The notes beneath the pieces were generated by a model. It did not search any database and was not told where the DNA came from. It was given only the letters and a program-made list of their open reading frames with translations. DNA of 64,000 nt from Myxococcales bacterium (lineage in GTDB: Bacteria > Myxococcota_A > Polyangia > Polyangiales > DASUME01): contig JASGJH010000001.1 in assembly GCA_047601445.1 (NCBI GenBank), forward strand, positions 3,968,001 through 4,032,000, written 5' to 3'. The first letter of the stretch is position 1, and each line of letters opens with the position of its first letter. Made by a program: the position numbers and the translations under genes. Below, in pieces: positions 9,922-20,021 of this stretch.

Positions 9922-10644
9922 ATGACCACCGAACCCGGCCCCATCTCCTCCGATGCCTGGATCACCATCGCCACCCTCACCGACCCGGTGGAGGCGGAGA
10001 TGCTCGAAGAGCTCCTGCGCAACGAGGGCATCCCGGTGGCCATGCCGGGGCTACAGCACCGCGCGATGCTCGGCGTGCTCGGCGGCTACGTCAGCATCCC
10101 CGTCCAGGTGCCCGTGCGCGAGAGTCAGCGCGCCCGCGAGTTGCTCGCCGCGTTCCGCGGGGCCCCGGGCTCGCACGAGGAGCCGAACGAAAGCAGCGCG
10201 GACACCAACTCAGGTGCGACACAGGCAGAGCCGGCCACCCCAGTACGCTCGGCCAAAGCCGCGGCGGGCGTGGCGATGCTCGGCACTGCTGTCCTGGGAA
10301 GCGTGGGGGCGGGCCATCTCTACATGCGGCAATACGCGGCCGCGGCGGCGCTGTTCGTGCTCGGGTGGATCACAGTGATCAGCCTCTTTGCGGGCGCCAA
10401 CACGTGGCCGGGCCTGCCGCTCCTGGTCTTCGTCGACATCGTGGGTGCAGCCAGCATCGCGCGCAGCCAGAGCCGCGGAGAGACGGAGAACACGTACCTC
10501 CACGCGAGCGTGGTGATCGTGATGGCGGTGGCGGCGATGGTGATGGCGCCCTGGTTATCCAGCCTGCTCGCGAGGCACGTGGAGACGCCTCCCGCCATGC
10601 ACGGGCCCACGCGCAACGTGGGCTGGGATGGAAGGACGCGGTGA
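9922..10644 (+). CDS. DUF2007-like putative signal-transducing domain fused to membrane segments
   Basis: N-terminal 'WITIATLTDPVEAEMLEELLRNEGIP..VQVP..ARELL' then several TM helices. Confidence 0.65.
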   Translation: MTTEPGPISSDAWITIATLTDPVEAEMLEELLRNEGIPVAMPGLQHRAMLGVLGGYVSIPVQVPVRESQRARELLAAFRGAPGSHEEPNESSADTNSGATQAEPATPVRSAKAAAGVAMLGTAVLGSVGAGHLYMRQYAAAAALFVLGWITVISLFAGANTWPGLPLLVFVDIVGAASIARSQSRGETENTYLHASVVIVMAVAAMVMAPWLSSLLARHVETPPAMHGPTRNVGWDGRTR

Positions 10645-10669
10645 GGGCTTGTGCGGGCGCTGTGTGGAG

Positions 10670-11227
10670 TCAGCGCCCGCGCCGGTAGTGCACGGCGACC
10701 GCGCCGCTGCGGAGCGGCTTCGCCGAGACCAGCTCGAGCCGTCGCGTGCTGGGCAGCCCGCTCTGGTACAGGGTCGGGCCGTGGCCGGCGATCCTCGGGT
10801 GGAGGAGAAACTTGTACTCGTCGATCAGATCCAGCCGGTCCAGCTCGGTCGCGAGCTTGCCGCTACCGAGGAGCACGCCGGCCGGGGTCGCGTCCTTGAG
10901 CTTCTGCACGCCAGTGCGCAGGTCGCCGGCGACGTGGTGGCTGTTGGTCCACGGGAAGTCCTTTCGCGTCGACGACACCACGTACTTCGGCTTGGCCTCC
11001 AGCTTGACCGCCCACTCGCGCAAGGCCGGCGGCGCCTCCGCGTCGCCGCGGGCGACCGACGGCCAGTAGCTCTCCATCATCTCGTAGGTGACGCGGCCCC
11101 ACAGCATCGCCCCGCCCTCGTCCATGAGGCGGGTGAAAAAATCGTGTGTCTCGTCGTCGGCGATGCCCTCCTGGTGGTCGACGCAGCCGTCCAGGGTGAC
11201 GTTGATGCCGAAGGTCAAGAGTCCCAC
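10670..11227 (-). CDS. Dihydrofolate reductase / RibD C-terminal family protein
   Basis: NVTLDG, GRVTYEMM, KYVVSST, GSGKL, LIDEY..HPRIAGHG motifs. Confidence 0.9.
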   Translation of the reverse strand: MGLLTFGINVTLDGCVDHQEGIADDETHDFFTRLMDEGGAMLWGRVTYEMMESYWPSVARGDAEAPPALREWAVKLEAKPKYVVSSTRKDFPWTNSHHVAGDLRTGVQKLKDATPAGVLLGSGKLATELDRLDLIDEYKFLLHPRIAGHGPTLYQSGLPSTRRLELVSAKPLRSGAVAVHYRRGR

Positions 11228-11274
11228 GGTGTCCTCCGTTCGAGATTCGCGACGAGACAGCTCCGCTGGCGCCG

Positions 11275-12051
11275 CTAGTTGAACTTGTACCCAAACCCAA
11301 ACATCTGCCGGAACAGCGCGTGGTTCCGATAGTACAGGTCATTGGATCCGTACTGCGCGCCCGCGTTGATGATGGTGAGGAAGAACATGTTGCGCCAGAA
11401 CGCCTCGAGGCCGAGATCGATCCAGGTAGCACCCGCGAAGTTGTTGCTGTGGGCGTCGATGTCGCGGTTCCTGGCGTTGAGCAAGCCGAGCTGCTGCTCG
11501 ATGCCCACCACGATCTTGAACAGCTTGGGCAGCGCGATGTCGGTCACGAAGCCAAGGTTCAAGCCTACGCCCACGGTGCGAAAGCCGCAGCTGTGACCGC
11601 CGTCGTCGACCACGACGACGTTGGGGCCCGGACCAGGCAGATCGCGATAGTGGCGATAGCGACCGTAGCAAGCGCGACCGGCGTGGAAGTAGGGCCCGAT
11701 CTTGAAGGAGCCATTGGCTCGGGCCCAGTTGGCCAACAGGAAACGGAACGGCGCGCGCACGTCGATGCCGAGGGATTGGCCCCAGCCCGGCAAGGTATCG
11801 TTGCCGAACGTGGGCGCGGAAAGCTCGAGCCCGAAATCCTGCTTGGCGCTGCCGGTGTAGAACCCGCCGCGCAACGCCGCATAGCCGACTTCACCCACGA
11901 GCGCCGTGCCGTTCATCGGCGTGCCGCCGTGCACGGTTGGCGTCGATGTGGTTTGCACGGGCACCTGGGCCGACGCTTCGGCACTGCACATCCACGCGAG
12001 CGACAGGCACGCGAGCGACAGGGTAAGGCGCTTCAAACTCGACTTCATCAA
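11275..12051 (-). CDS. Secreted hypothetical protein, possible outer-membrane beta-barrel
   Basis: Signal peptide ending AEASA; alternating hydrophobic strands; C-terminal FGFGYKFN. Confidence 0.55.
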   Translation of the reverse strand: MMKSSLKRLTLSLACLSLAWMCSAEASAQVPVQTTSTPTVHGGTPMNGTALVGEVGYAALRGGFYTGSAKQDFGLELSAPTFGNDTLPGWGQSLGIDVRAPFRFLLANWARANGSFKIGPYFHAGRACYGRYRHYRDLPGPGPNVVVVDDGGHSCGFRTVGVGLNLGFVTDIALPKLFKIVVGIEQQLGLLNARNRDIDAHSNNFAGATWIDLGLEAFWRNMFFLTIINAGAQYGSNDLYYRNHALFRQMFGFGYKFN

Positions 12052-12282
12052 CTGAAACCCCCGGTTTGGTCCCCAAGGTCATCACGGCCTCGAGATCGGT
12101 GCAAGCTCTTGCGACGCCGTGCAATTTTCTTTCAACCGTGGGCGCGCGTGATTCCTCCAAGAAAGGTGCCGCACCGCCCAGGCCCTGATCCGCATGGGCC
12201 AGAGCCCGCGGTCCGCGCCTGCAAGAACGACACAGCTGGGAGGCAAGCTGCGCTGCCCTGCCTCAGCTGCTAAGTCGGCCGC

Positions 12283-12624
12283 ATGGGACGCACGTTCCTG
12301 AGCCGCCGCGCCAGCTGGCCCCTCCCCGCCATGCTGGCCGTGCTCGTGGTGGTGGTCTGCAGACCGGCGCTGTGGGCTCAGCCGCCCGGTCATCGCTCGG
12401 TCTCGCTCGGACTGATCTCGTGCGCGTTCACGCTGCTGGGCAGCCTGGGCTACTGGCTGACGCTCGTCCTCTCGGATGCGGGGTTGCTGCACTTCCGGAG
12501 TCGGATGGGCATGCGCGAGCCGAGTGAACAGGAACTCGCGGTGGCCGACTGGTTCACGCGGATCCTGTGCTTACTCGTGGCCTACGGTGGTGTGGTGCTC
12601 GCCGCCTTCGCTGCCCCGGGCTAG
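12283..12624 (+). CDS. Small membrane protein
   Basis: 113 aa, three hydrophobic segments, fills the intergenic gap. Confidence 0.5.
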   Translation: MGRTFLSRRASWPLPAMLAVLVVVVCRPALWAQPPGHRSVSLGLISCAFTLLGSLGYWLTLVLSDAGLLHFRSRMGMREPSEQELAVADWFTRILCLLVAYGGVVLAAFAAPG

Positions 12625-12657
12625 CAGCGCTAGCCGCGGCGGCGCTCTTCCTGACGA

Positions 12658-12693
12658 ATATTCCCTTGCACGCATATTCTGTTAATGGAATAT
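12658..12693 (+). promoter_or_regulatory. Putative ArsR autoregulatory operator (two overlapping ATATTC-N8-G(C/A)ATAT sites)
   Basis: AT-rich inverted repeats directly upstream of the ArsR ATG. Confidence 0.6.
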
Positions 12694-12700
12694 ACAAGTC

Positions 12701-13042
12701 ATGCACGAGACGTTCGCCGCGTTGGCCGACCCGAATCGCTTCCGCATCGTCGAGCTCCTGCGCGTGGGCCCCCGCCCCGTGAACGAGATCGGGGAGCGCC
12801 TCAAGCTGCAGCAGCCTCAAGTCTCCAAGCACCTCAAGGTGCTCAAGGAGGCCGGCCTGGTGGAGGTAGAGGCGCGCGCGCAACAGCGCGTCTACGAGCT
12901 GCGCGGCGAGTGCTTGCACGAGTTGCACGAGTGGCTCGAACGCTACCGCCGGCTGTGGGATGCGCGCTTCGCCGAACTCGATGAGCTCATCGTGGAGCTC
13001 AAGGCGAAGGAGACGTCCGAAGATCGCAAGAAGAGGAGGTGA
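12701..13042 (+). CDS. ArsR/SmtB family transcriptional regulator
   Basis: FAALADPNRFRIVELL, VSKHLKVLKEAGLV. Confidence 0.93.
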   Translation: MHETFAALADPNRFRIVELLRVGPRPVNEIGERLKLQQPQVSKHLKVLKEAGLVEVEARAQQRVYELRGECLHELHEWLERYRRLWDARFAELDELIVELKAKETSEDRKKRR

Positions 13043-13045
13043 CGG

Positions 13046-13531
13046 ATGCCCGGGAATGAAACCATCATGCAGCTCACGTCGGACCGCGAGATCGTCATCG
13101 AGCGCACGTTCAATGCTCCGCCACGCCTGGTGTTCGACGCGTGGACCAAGCCCGAGTTCGTGAAGCGCTGGTGGGCTCCCAAAGGCCTCGGTGTTGCCAT
13201 GGTCTCCTGCGAAGCCGACGTGCGCGTGGGCGGCAAGTATCGCTACGTGATCAAGCCGGCACGCTTCGACGCCGTGGCCTTCTCCGGCGAATACTCCGAG
13301 ATCACTCCCTACTCGCGCCTCGTGTACACGCAATTTTTCGAGCCCATGCGGAACGCGGGCGCCGTCGTGGTCAGCGTCTCCTTCGAAGACCTCGGCGACA
13401 GGACGCACCTCATCTCGCACGAGCTCTATCCTTCCAAGGAGGCGCGTGAGGCCGCCTTGAGCTCCGGCATGGAGCAAGGCATGCGCCAGACCATGGACCA
13501 ACTGGACGAGTTGGTGGCCTCTCTCATCTAA
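13046..13531 (+). CDS. SRPBCC/AHSA1 domain protein
   Basis: IERTFNAPPRLVFDAWTKPE, DVRVGGKYR, GMEQGM..LDEL; usual partner of ArsR. Confidence 0.9.
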   Translation: MPGNETIMQLTSDREIVIERTFNAPPRLVFDAWTKPEFVKRWWAPKGLGVAMVSCEADVRVGGKYRYVIKPARFDAVAFSGEYSEITPYSRLVYTQFFEPMRNAGAVVVSVSFEDLGDRTHLISHELYPSKEAREAALSSGMEQGMRQTMDQLDELVASLI

Positions 13532-13594
13532 CCAGATGCGCGTTGGACAAAACGCCCTCGTACCCGGCTGGCCTGCCGTGGTAACGAGCGCTCT

Positions 13595-14575
13595 GTGTTC
13601 CCCCTCTTACCGCCCCGAGCCCGTTGGCACCGCATTGGCCAGGCGCCGGGCTGGGGCTTGGTCGCGCTCGTCTGGCTGGCGCTGACCGCGTCGGCCAGCC
13701 GGGCGCAACCGCGTCAGGTGCAGCTCGAGTGGGAGCGTCCCGTAGCCAGCATGTGTCCGTCGGGCGAAACCGTGCAGCAGGACGTCGAAGCCTTGTTGGA
13801 CGAGCGCGTGTTCACCGATGGACCAAGCGCGGGCGGCGTGATGCGCGGCGTGGTCACCGAGGACGAGCAGGGCGTGAACGTTCAAATCGAGGCGCGCAGC
13901 CGCTCCGGAGAGCTACTCGGCCGCCGTGAACTCGCGGCGCCAGCGGGCGAATGTGCCTCCCTGCGACGTCCCATCGCCCTGGTACTCGCCGTGCTCTTCG
14001 ACCAACAGGCGACGGCGCAGGACGGAATGCGCGCGCCTAGCGCAGCCCGTGGCGAACGTTGGATTGGGCTCACGGCCGCGGGGAGCACGGCCATCATGCC
14101 CCGTATCGCGCCCAGCCTGGGGCTCACACTGGGCTTCGCCACGCGCTCGGCCTGGAGCGTCCAGGCGGACGCTGGCTATTGGCTGCCGGTCACGGCGCAG
14201 ACGGCAGGAGGCCTCGGGGCTCGCTTCTACGCGTTTGGGGTCGGGCTCTCGCTGTGCCGGCGCCTGGCTCGCCGCGCCGAGACCCTCGAGCTCGCGTTGT
14301 GTGGCGGCGCACAGGCGGTGCCCCTGTTCGCCAAGCCCATCGGTCTGGGCACCCATACGCGTCAGGTGCGCGTGCTCGCGCGGGCAGCAGTGGAGGTAGC
14401 GCTGTCAATGCGGATCGGCGCGACGAGTGCGATACAGGGGTCGCTGGGACCGATCTTGTCCCTCTGGCGTCCCCGCTTCTTCCTCGAGCAGGCGGATGGG
14501 TCCACGCTGGAAGTCCATCGCCCGGCGACCGTGGGCGCGATTCTTCGGCTGACACTCATAATTTCCGAGCCTTGA
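13595..14575 (+). CDS. Secreted protein of an ECF sigma locus (possible C-terminal beta-barrel)
   Basis: Signal peptide ASASRA, CP motif, beta-rich C-terminus; directly upstream of ECF sigma. Confidence 0.65.
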   Translation: MFPLLPPRARWHRIGQAPGWGLVALVWLALTASASRAQPRQVQLEWERPVASMCPSGETVQQDVEALLDERVFTDGPSAGGVMRGVVTEDEQGVNVQIEARSRSGELLGRRELAAPAGECASLRRPIALVLAVLFDQQATAQDGMRAPSAARGERWIGLTAAGSTAIMPRIAPSLGLTLGFATRSAWSVQADAGYWLPVTAQTAGGLGARFYAFGVGLSLCRRLARRAETLELALCGGAQAVPLFAKPIGLGTHTRQVRVLARAAVEVALSMRIGATSAIQGSLGPILSLWRPRFFLEQADGSTLEVHRPATVGAILRLTLIISEP

Positions 14576-14590
14576 GGACATGGCCGGTCA

Positions 14591-15196
14591 GTGGCGAAAG
14601 AACACGCGATAGTCGGCCATGAGTCGGGCGAGGCGAGCCTCGCGGCCAAGGCCACTTCCGGCATCGATGGGGCTCACGGAGCGCCCACGCCCCGGCTGCG
14701 CGAAGTGTTCGACGAACACGCGTCGTTCGTGTGCCGCAGCTTGCGCCGGCTCGGGGTTTCCGAGACCGACCTGGACGACGTGCTCCAGGAGGTGTTCCTG
14801 GTGGTCTATCAGCGACTGAGGGACTACCAGGAAAGAGGCCGCGCCCGCTCCTGGCTGTACTCCATCTGCACGCGGGTGGCGCAGGCCCATCGGCGCAAGT
14901 CGCTGCGGAGACGCGAGCACCTGACGTCCGAGCCGCCCGAAACGATGGCGGCAGCAACCCAGCTGGCCCAGCTCGAAGACCGTGACGCCCTCGCGCTCGG
15001 CCATCACTTGCTTTCGCTGCTCTCGCCCGAGCAGCGCGAGGTGTTCGTGCTGTACGAGGTGGAGGACATGACCATGCCCGAGATCGCCGAGGCGCTCTCG
15101 TGCCCGGTGCAAACCGCCTACTCTCGCTTGCACAAGGCCCGCGAGCGCATCCTCGCCGAAGTCCGGCGCGCCCACGACCAGGGGTCCCAGTCATGA
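14591..15196 (+). CDS. ECF RNA polymerase sigma factor
   Basis: DDVLQEVF, RSWLYSI (region 2); QREVFVLYEVE..EIAEAL..TAYSRLHKAR (region 4). Confidence 0.93.
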   Translation: MAKEHAIVGHESGEASLAAKATSGIDGAHGAPTPRLREVFDEHASFVCRSLRRLGVSETDLDDVLQEVFLVVYQRLRDYQERGRARSWLYSICTRVAQAHRRKSLRRREHLTSEPPETMAAATQLAQLEDRDALALGHHLLSLLSPEQREVFVLYEVEDMTMPEIAEALSCPVQTAYSRLHKARERILAEVRRAHDQGSQS

Positions 15197-16122
15197 CCGA
15201 GCGCATTCCCCCACTCAAGCTCAGCGATGAAGTGCCGCCCGAGTTGCGCGATGCGCTGCGCGCTCTGCGGGGCGAACAGATCGACCCGGGCCGACTCGCG
15301 CGCGTGAGCGACAAGCTCTCGGCCGTGCTCGACGCGCCGCCGCCTCCGCCGTCAGCGCTCCCCTCGTGGTTGCGATTTGCCCCCTCCAAGGCGCTGCTCG
15401 CACGTGTGGCGGTCTCGGCCATTTTGGCCGGCAGCGCCGCCATCTGGCTCGCCACGCCCGCGGAGCGCAGCGCGCCGCCCGCCAAGCCAGCGCTCACCAC
15501 CAGCACACCGGCGCAAGTTCCCGTCACCGACGACACGACCGCCGCGTCCGCGCCTTCGCCTGCGGAGCTGCACACCATGGCGGACGCACCTGCGAGTCCG
15601 AGCTCGGCGCGCGACAAGAACGGCGCAACCACTCCCGCGACGGCGCCTGCACGGCCCCAGCGCCCACGCAGCGACAAACAGCACGTACAACCCCATGGCC
15701 ATGGCACTGCGGCGACCCCCGCCAGCGCAAACTACAGTGGGCGCGATCCAAGCGATGCGCCGAGCGACGCGCTCGACGCGCGCATGGAGCACGAGCCGCC
15801 TGCCGCGAAACCGGAGCCGGTCGCCGACAAGCCCGAGCCGGTCGCCGAGAAACCCGAGCCCCCCGCCCAGCGCAGCGAAGTCGAACTCCTGTTCGAGGCC
15901 CGCCGGCTGATCAAAAAGGATCCGGGCGCCGCCCTGAGGGTGCTGGACGAACATGCCGCGCGGTTTCCGGACGGCATGCTGGTGCCCGAGCGCGAAGTGC
16001 TCGCCATCGATGCACTACGAAAGCTGGGACGCGAGGCTCAGGCCACGCGGCGTCTGCAGGCGTTTCGGACGCGCTATCCTGACTCGTTCCATATCGGCGG
16101 CCTCGAGCGCGCGCCCCGCTGA
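15193..16122 (+). CDS. Putative anti-sigma factor (TM, Pro/Ala linker, C-terminal TPR-like domain)
   Basis: ATGA overlap with sigma stop; single TM; C-terminal EVELL..AR..HAARFPDGML..ERE..IDAL. Confidence 0.75.
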   Translation: MTERIPPLKLSDEVPPELRDALRALRGEQIDPGRLARVSDKLSAVLDAPPPPPSALPSWLRFAPSKALLARVAVSAILAGSAAIWLATPAERSAPPAKPALTTSTPAQVPVTDDTTAASAPSPAELHTMADAPASPSSARDKNGATTPATAPARPQRPRSDKQHVQPHGHGTAATPASANYSGRDPSDAPSDALDARMEHEPPAAKPEPVADKPEPVAEKPEPPAQRSEVELLFEARRLIKKDPGAALRVLDEHAARFPDGMLVPEREVLAIDALRKLGREAQATRRLQAFRTRYPDSFHIGGLERAPR

Positions 16123-16230
16123 AGCGCGGCGCACGCTGGCGACGAACCGGGTTTGGTGGAGGGGTCGTCATAATTCCTACGCACCAAGAACATAGCGGGC
16201 ATGCACAAACGCTCGCCCTCCTCGCTCTCG

Positions 16231-18336
16231 ATGCGCTGCTTCGCCCGCATCGCGATCATGGTCCCCTGGCTCGCAGCCGCCTGCTCCGGCGCTGAGAAGC
16301 CTACCCAGACTCCGGGCACCATCATGGGAGACCCCGACGCCGGCGCCGGCGACGGCCCTGACGAGGATGAGTCCGACTGTCCCGAGGCCAACCCCTTTTG
16401 CGCGGAAGACGACGACTCGGAGAATGGCTGCGGCAACCAACCCATCGATCTCACGCCGGCGGGCGTGAACATCATGGTCGCCGTGGATGGCGCAGCCTCC
16501 ATGGCCAGCCATTGGCCGCGAATCCAAGCCGCGCTCAAGGACCTGCGCGCCAACCATCCGGACAGTCAGATCGGCCTGCAAGTGTTCTGGGGCGAGCTGG
16601 TGGAGGACGTGAACCAGGGCCTGGCCAAGTCCAACTGGTGCGGCAACACCAAGAACAACGTGCTGGAGGTCGGAGACCATACAGCAGACGAGCTCGCGAA
16701 GTTCCTGGGCGCCATGCCTCCTGGACCGAGCTACGTGGGCGGCCTCTGGGAGACGTCCCCGGTGATCGAGCCCCTCAACTACTACCTCACCCACGCCAGC
16801 AAGCTCGCCGACCCCGAGCGCACGAACTATCTCGTCTTCATCACCAACGGCAACGACAACTGCTTCGGCTCCGTGTATGCCCGCAAGGAGGAGAAGCTGC
16901 TGGCCTACGAGAAGCTCGCGGTGGAGCTGAGCAAGCTCAACATCCGCACCATCCCCATCGGCTTCGACGCCTCGGCCAAGCCCGGCGCCAACGGTACCTG
17001 GGGCATGACCAACGGGAACACGGACCTCGACGTGCTGAGCACGCTGCTCGCGCACGGGGGCTCCGGACTCACCGAAGTCCCCAAGGTCGACGATCCCGCG
17101 AAGCTCATCGAGGTGCTCGCCAAGGTCGGCGAGGCCGCGCGCAACTGCCGCTTCTCCATTCCAGACGCGCTCGACCCCAGCAAGAACTTGAACCCTTTCC
17201 AGCTCGATTTCGCCGTGAATGGCAAGCTGGTGACGCGCGACCGGCTGCTCAAGGAGGGCTGGAACTTCGTGGATGGTGACACCAGCCAGGTGGAGTTCTT
17301 CGGCAAGGCCTGCCAGGCAGTGCAGGGCAAAGCCAAGCTCGAGGCCCGCCAGACCTGCGCAGACGATGTGTGCGGCACGGCGGCCGTCTCGGTGGAGACC
17401 AAGCCGCGCGCGGTGCTGTACTTGCTCGACTCGTCGGCGTCGCGGATCGAGTGCGTGGACGGCATGCTGGGCTGCCTGGTGCCTCCAAACGTGCCGGCGG
17501 AGCTCTACACGCGCACGTCGATCACGTTCTGGGAGCAGGTCGAGCACAGCCTCGGTCAGGCGCTGGTGGCACCCATCAACGATGACATCGAGTTCGGCCT
17601 GCAATTCTTTCCCGGTAAAGCAGCCTCGAGTCTGAGCTGCGACGTGGCGACGAGCCCGGAGATCCAGCCCGCTCAGGGCACGGAGATCACCATGATGAGC
17701 AACATGCTCGAGAAGCTCCCGCTCGGTCGCACGCCCATCGTACAGGCGCTGGAAAACGTGGCGGCAGCACCAGGCAGGTTGGCGGACCCGAGCGTGCAAG
17801 GGGCCATCGTCATCCTGTCCGACGGCGGCGACAATTGCACCGGTGTGCCCGAAGACCAGATCGAGGCTCGCCTGCGATCCGCCGCGGGCAAGCTGCTCGC
17901 CGCGGGCGTGAAGACCTATCTGGTGCGCTACGGCTCGACGTCGGGCAAGAGCCCCGAACAGGAAGCCCAACTCAAAGCCATCGTACAGAGCGGCGGTACC
18001 GACATGTCGGATCCGCATGATCCCAACCAGCCCGCGTACATCGACGCGAAGAACGACGCCGAGCTCAACGCCGCGCTCGCCGGCATCGCTGACAAGCTCG
18101 CCAACTGCGCGTTCAGTCTCTTCGGGCTGCCCGAAGATGCAGACAAGGCCAACGCCAACATCTACCTCAACGGCGAGGTCGTCCCCTTCGACAGCACCGA
18201 GACGGAGGGGTGGGCCTGGCAGGACGAGGAGCAGACCCAGGTGGAGCTCTTCGGCAACGCCTGCAATGCCTTCAAGACCAATCGCCGCACGAGCCTGGTG
18301 GTCGAATTCGGTTGTGCACCCATCGTGCTGCTGTGA
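16231..18336 (+). CDS. Tandem von Willebrand A domain lipoprotein (CglB-like architecture)
   Basis: Lipobox LAAAC; two vWA units (VAVDGAAS..FITNG; YLLDSSAS..ILSDG), each followed by a Cys-bounded module. Confidence 0.75.
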   Translation: MRCFARIAIMVPWLAAACSGAEKPTQTPGTIMGDPDAGAGDGPDEDESDCPEANPFCAEDDDSENGCGNQPIDLTPAGVNIMVAVDGAASMASHWPRIQAALKDLRANHPDSQIGLQVFWGELVEDVNQGLAKSNWCGNTKNNVLEVGDHTADELAKFLGAMPPGPSYVGGLWETSPVIEPLNYYLTHASKLADPERTNYLVFITNGNDNCFGSVYARKEEKLLAYEKLAVELSKLNIRTIPIGFDASAKPGANGTWGMTNGNTDLDVLSTLLAHGGSGLTEVPKVDDPAKLIEVLAKVGEAARNCRFSIPDALDPSKNLNPFQLDFAVNGKLVTRDRLLKEGWNFVDGDTSQVEFFGKACQAVQGKAKLEARQTCADDVCGTAAVSVETKPRAVLYLLDSSASRIECVDGMLGCLVPPNVPAELYTRTSITFWEQVEHSLGQALVAPINDDIEFGLQFFPGKAASSLSCDVATSPEIQPAQGTEITMMSNMLEKLPLGRTPIVQALENVAAAPGRLADPSVQGAIVILSDGGDNCTGVPEDQIEARLRSAAGKLLAAGVKTYLVRYGSTSGKSPEQEAQLKAIVQSGGTDMSDPHDPNQPAYIDAKNDAELNAALAGIADKLANCAFSLFGLPEDADKANANIYLNGEVVPFDSTETEGWAWQDEEQTQVELFGNACNAFKTNRRTSLVVEFGCAPIVLL

Positions 18337-18386
18337 TCCGAACTCCCATGAACGGCCGTGCCCGCGCCCAGCGCGAAGGAGCTTCC

Positions 18387-19955
18387 ATGTACCTCTCGCT
18401 GCGCCATTGCGTCTCGTGCATCGCCCTCGCCGCGCTGGCGGCCTGCGGCAGGGCTCCGAGCGCAGACCGCGCGGGCACCGGTGTCGACGACGCACCGTCC
18501 TCCGAAGAGCCCGACGGAACCACTAGCGATCCCTCCCACGACCAAGCTGCCCCTTCACACCAAGACCCCGACCCCAACACGGACGCCAGTGTCGGTCCCG
18601 ATGGCGACGCACCCACCGACGCAGGGAAGCCCGCGGTGCGCCGGGCGCGGCCCATTCTCGACGGCACCATCACCGGCGCGATCCATGGCAAGAATCCGCC
18701 CTTCGCCATCAAGCACATCGACCTCGCCCAGGTGGGCTACGTGGAAGAGGAGTTCACGCTCGCGGGGCAAGCCACTGCCTACAAGGCCGACGGAGAGCAG
18801 GGCCTCGATGGCAAGTGGAAGGCCGTCCCGGACACGCAAGCCGCCTACAAGACCAGACTCCTGGTGCGGCGACCGGCTGCCATCGAAGACTTCAACGGGA
18901 GCGTGATGGTGGAATGGCTCAACACTACGGGCGGTCTCGACGCGGAAATCGGCTTCGGCCTCACGTCGGAGGAACTCCTTCGAGGTGGCTACGCGTGGGT
19001 GGGCGTGTCGGTGCAGCAGTCGGGCGTCGACGCGCTCAAGAGCACCGACTCCGAGCGCTACGCGGAGCTGAAACACCCGGGCGATACCTATTGCTACAGC
19101 ATCTACGCCCAGGCCGGCGCCGCCATCGGTTGGCCCGGAGACGTGGACGCCATGGGCGGCTTCCCCGTGGAGCGCTTGATCGCTTACGGCGAGTCCCAGT
19201 CGGCCATGCGCATGATCACCCACGTGAACGCGGTGCAGCCCCTGACCCACGTGTTCGACGGCGTGGTCATCCACAGCCGCGCGGGCTGGGGTGCGCCCAT
19301 CGGCAGCGAGGGCAACGGTCTGCTCGGCAACGGCATGCCCGTGCGCGTGCGCACCGACAGCGATGCGCGCGTGCTCCAGTTCTTCACCGAGAGCGAGATC
19401 TTCCTCTCACTCGGCCCTGCCTATGCCGCCAGACAGCCCGACAGCGAGCGGCTGCGGAGCTGGGAAATCGCCGGTTCCGCGCACGCCGACCAACACATGC
19501 TCGGCGACGATGCAAACGTGGGATGCGGTCCAGCCGGTCTCGTCAATGATGGACCTCAGCACTTCGTCTTGAAGGCCGCCCTGCGTGCCATGCACCACTG
19601 GCTCAAAGACGACATCGGTCCCCCACACGGAGATCCGCTTCAGGTCGACGCCGAGGGAACCGCCATCGTGCGCAACGCGGACGGGAACGCGCTGGGCGGC
19701 ATCCGCACGCCTGCCGTCGATGTGCCCATCGCCACGCTGACCGGCGAAGCCTCACCGCTGAGCCCCCAATGCTTACTATTCGGCCAGACCATCCCTTTCA
19801 CGCCGGAGCACCTGCTCGCGCTGTATCCGACGCACAAGAGCTACGTGGACCAAGTGGTCGCGGCGGCCAAGGGCGCCCGCGCAGCCGGCTTCTTGCTGCC
19901 CGAGGAGGAGGCGACCATCGTGGCCGAGGCGCAAGCCGCCGCCGTTCCAAAGTGA
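18387..19955 (+). CDS. Alpha/beta-hydrolase domain lipoprotein
   Basis: RBS GAAGGAG, lipobox LAAC; YKTRLLVRRP..FNGSVMVEWLN, GESQSA nucleophile-like motif, GNALGGIRTP. Confidence 0.8.
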   Translation: MYLSLRHCVSCIALAALAACGRAPSADRAGTGVDDAPSSEEPDGTTSDPSHDQAAPSHQDPDPNTDASVGPDGDAPTDAGKPAVRRARPILDGTITGAIHGKNPPFAIKHIDLAQVGYVEEEFTLAGQATAYKADGEQGLDGKWKAVPDTQAAYKTRLLVRRPAAIEDFNGSVMVEWLNTTGGLDAEIGFGLTSEELLRGGYAWVGVSVQQSGVDALKSTDSERYAELKHPGDTYCYSIYAQAGAAIGWPGDVDAMGGFPVERLIAYGESQSAMRMITHVNAVQPLTHVFDGVVIHSRAGWGAPIGSEGNGLLGNGMPVRVRTDSDARVLQFFTESEIFLSLGPAYAARQPDSERLRSWEIAGSAHADQHMLGDDANVGCGPAGLVNDGPQHFVLKAALRAMHHWLKDDIGPPHGDPLQVDAEGTAIVRNADGNALGGIRTPAVDVPIATLTGEASPLSPQCLLFGQTIPFTPEHLLALYPTHKSYVDQVVAAAKGARAAGFLLPEEEATIVAEAQAAAVPK

Positions 19956-20021
19956 CCTTAGCGGCGCAGAGCGGAGTGCAGACCACTCGCTCGAACGGAT
20001 TGCGGCGCTACTCCGCGCACC

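Noticed and set aside
16177..18495. 772-aa minus-strand ORF
   Set aside because: Antisense shadow of the vWA lipoprotein; long shadow ORFs are expected in high-GC DNA and it has no recognisable motifs
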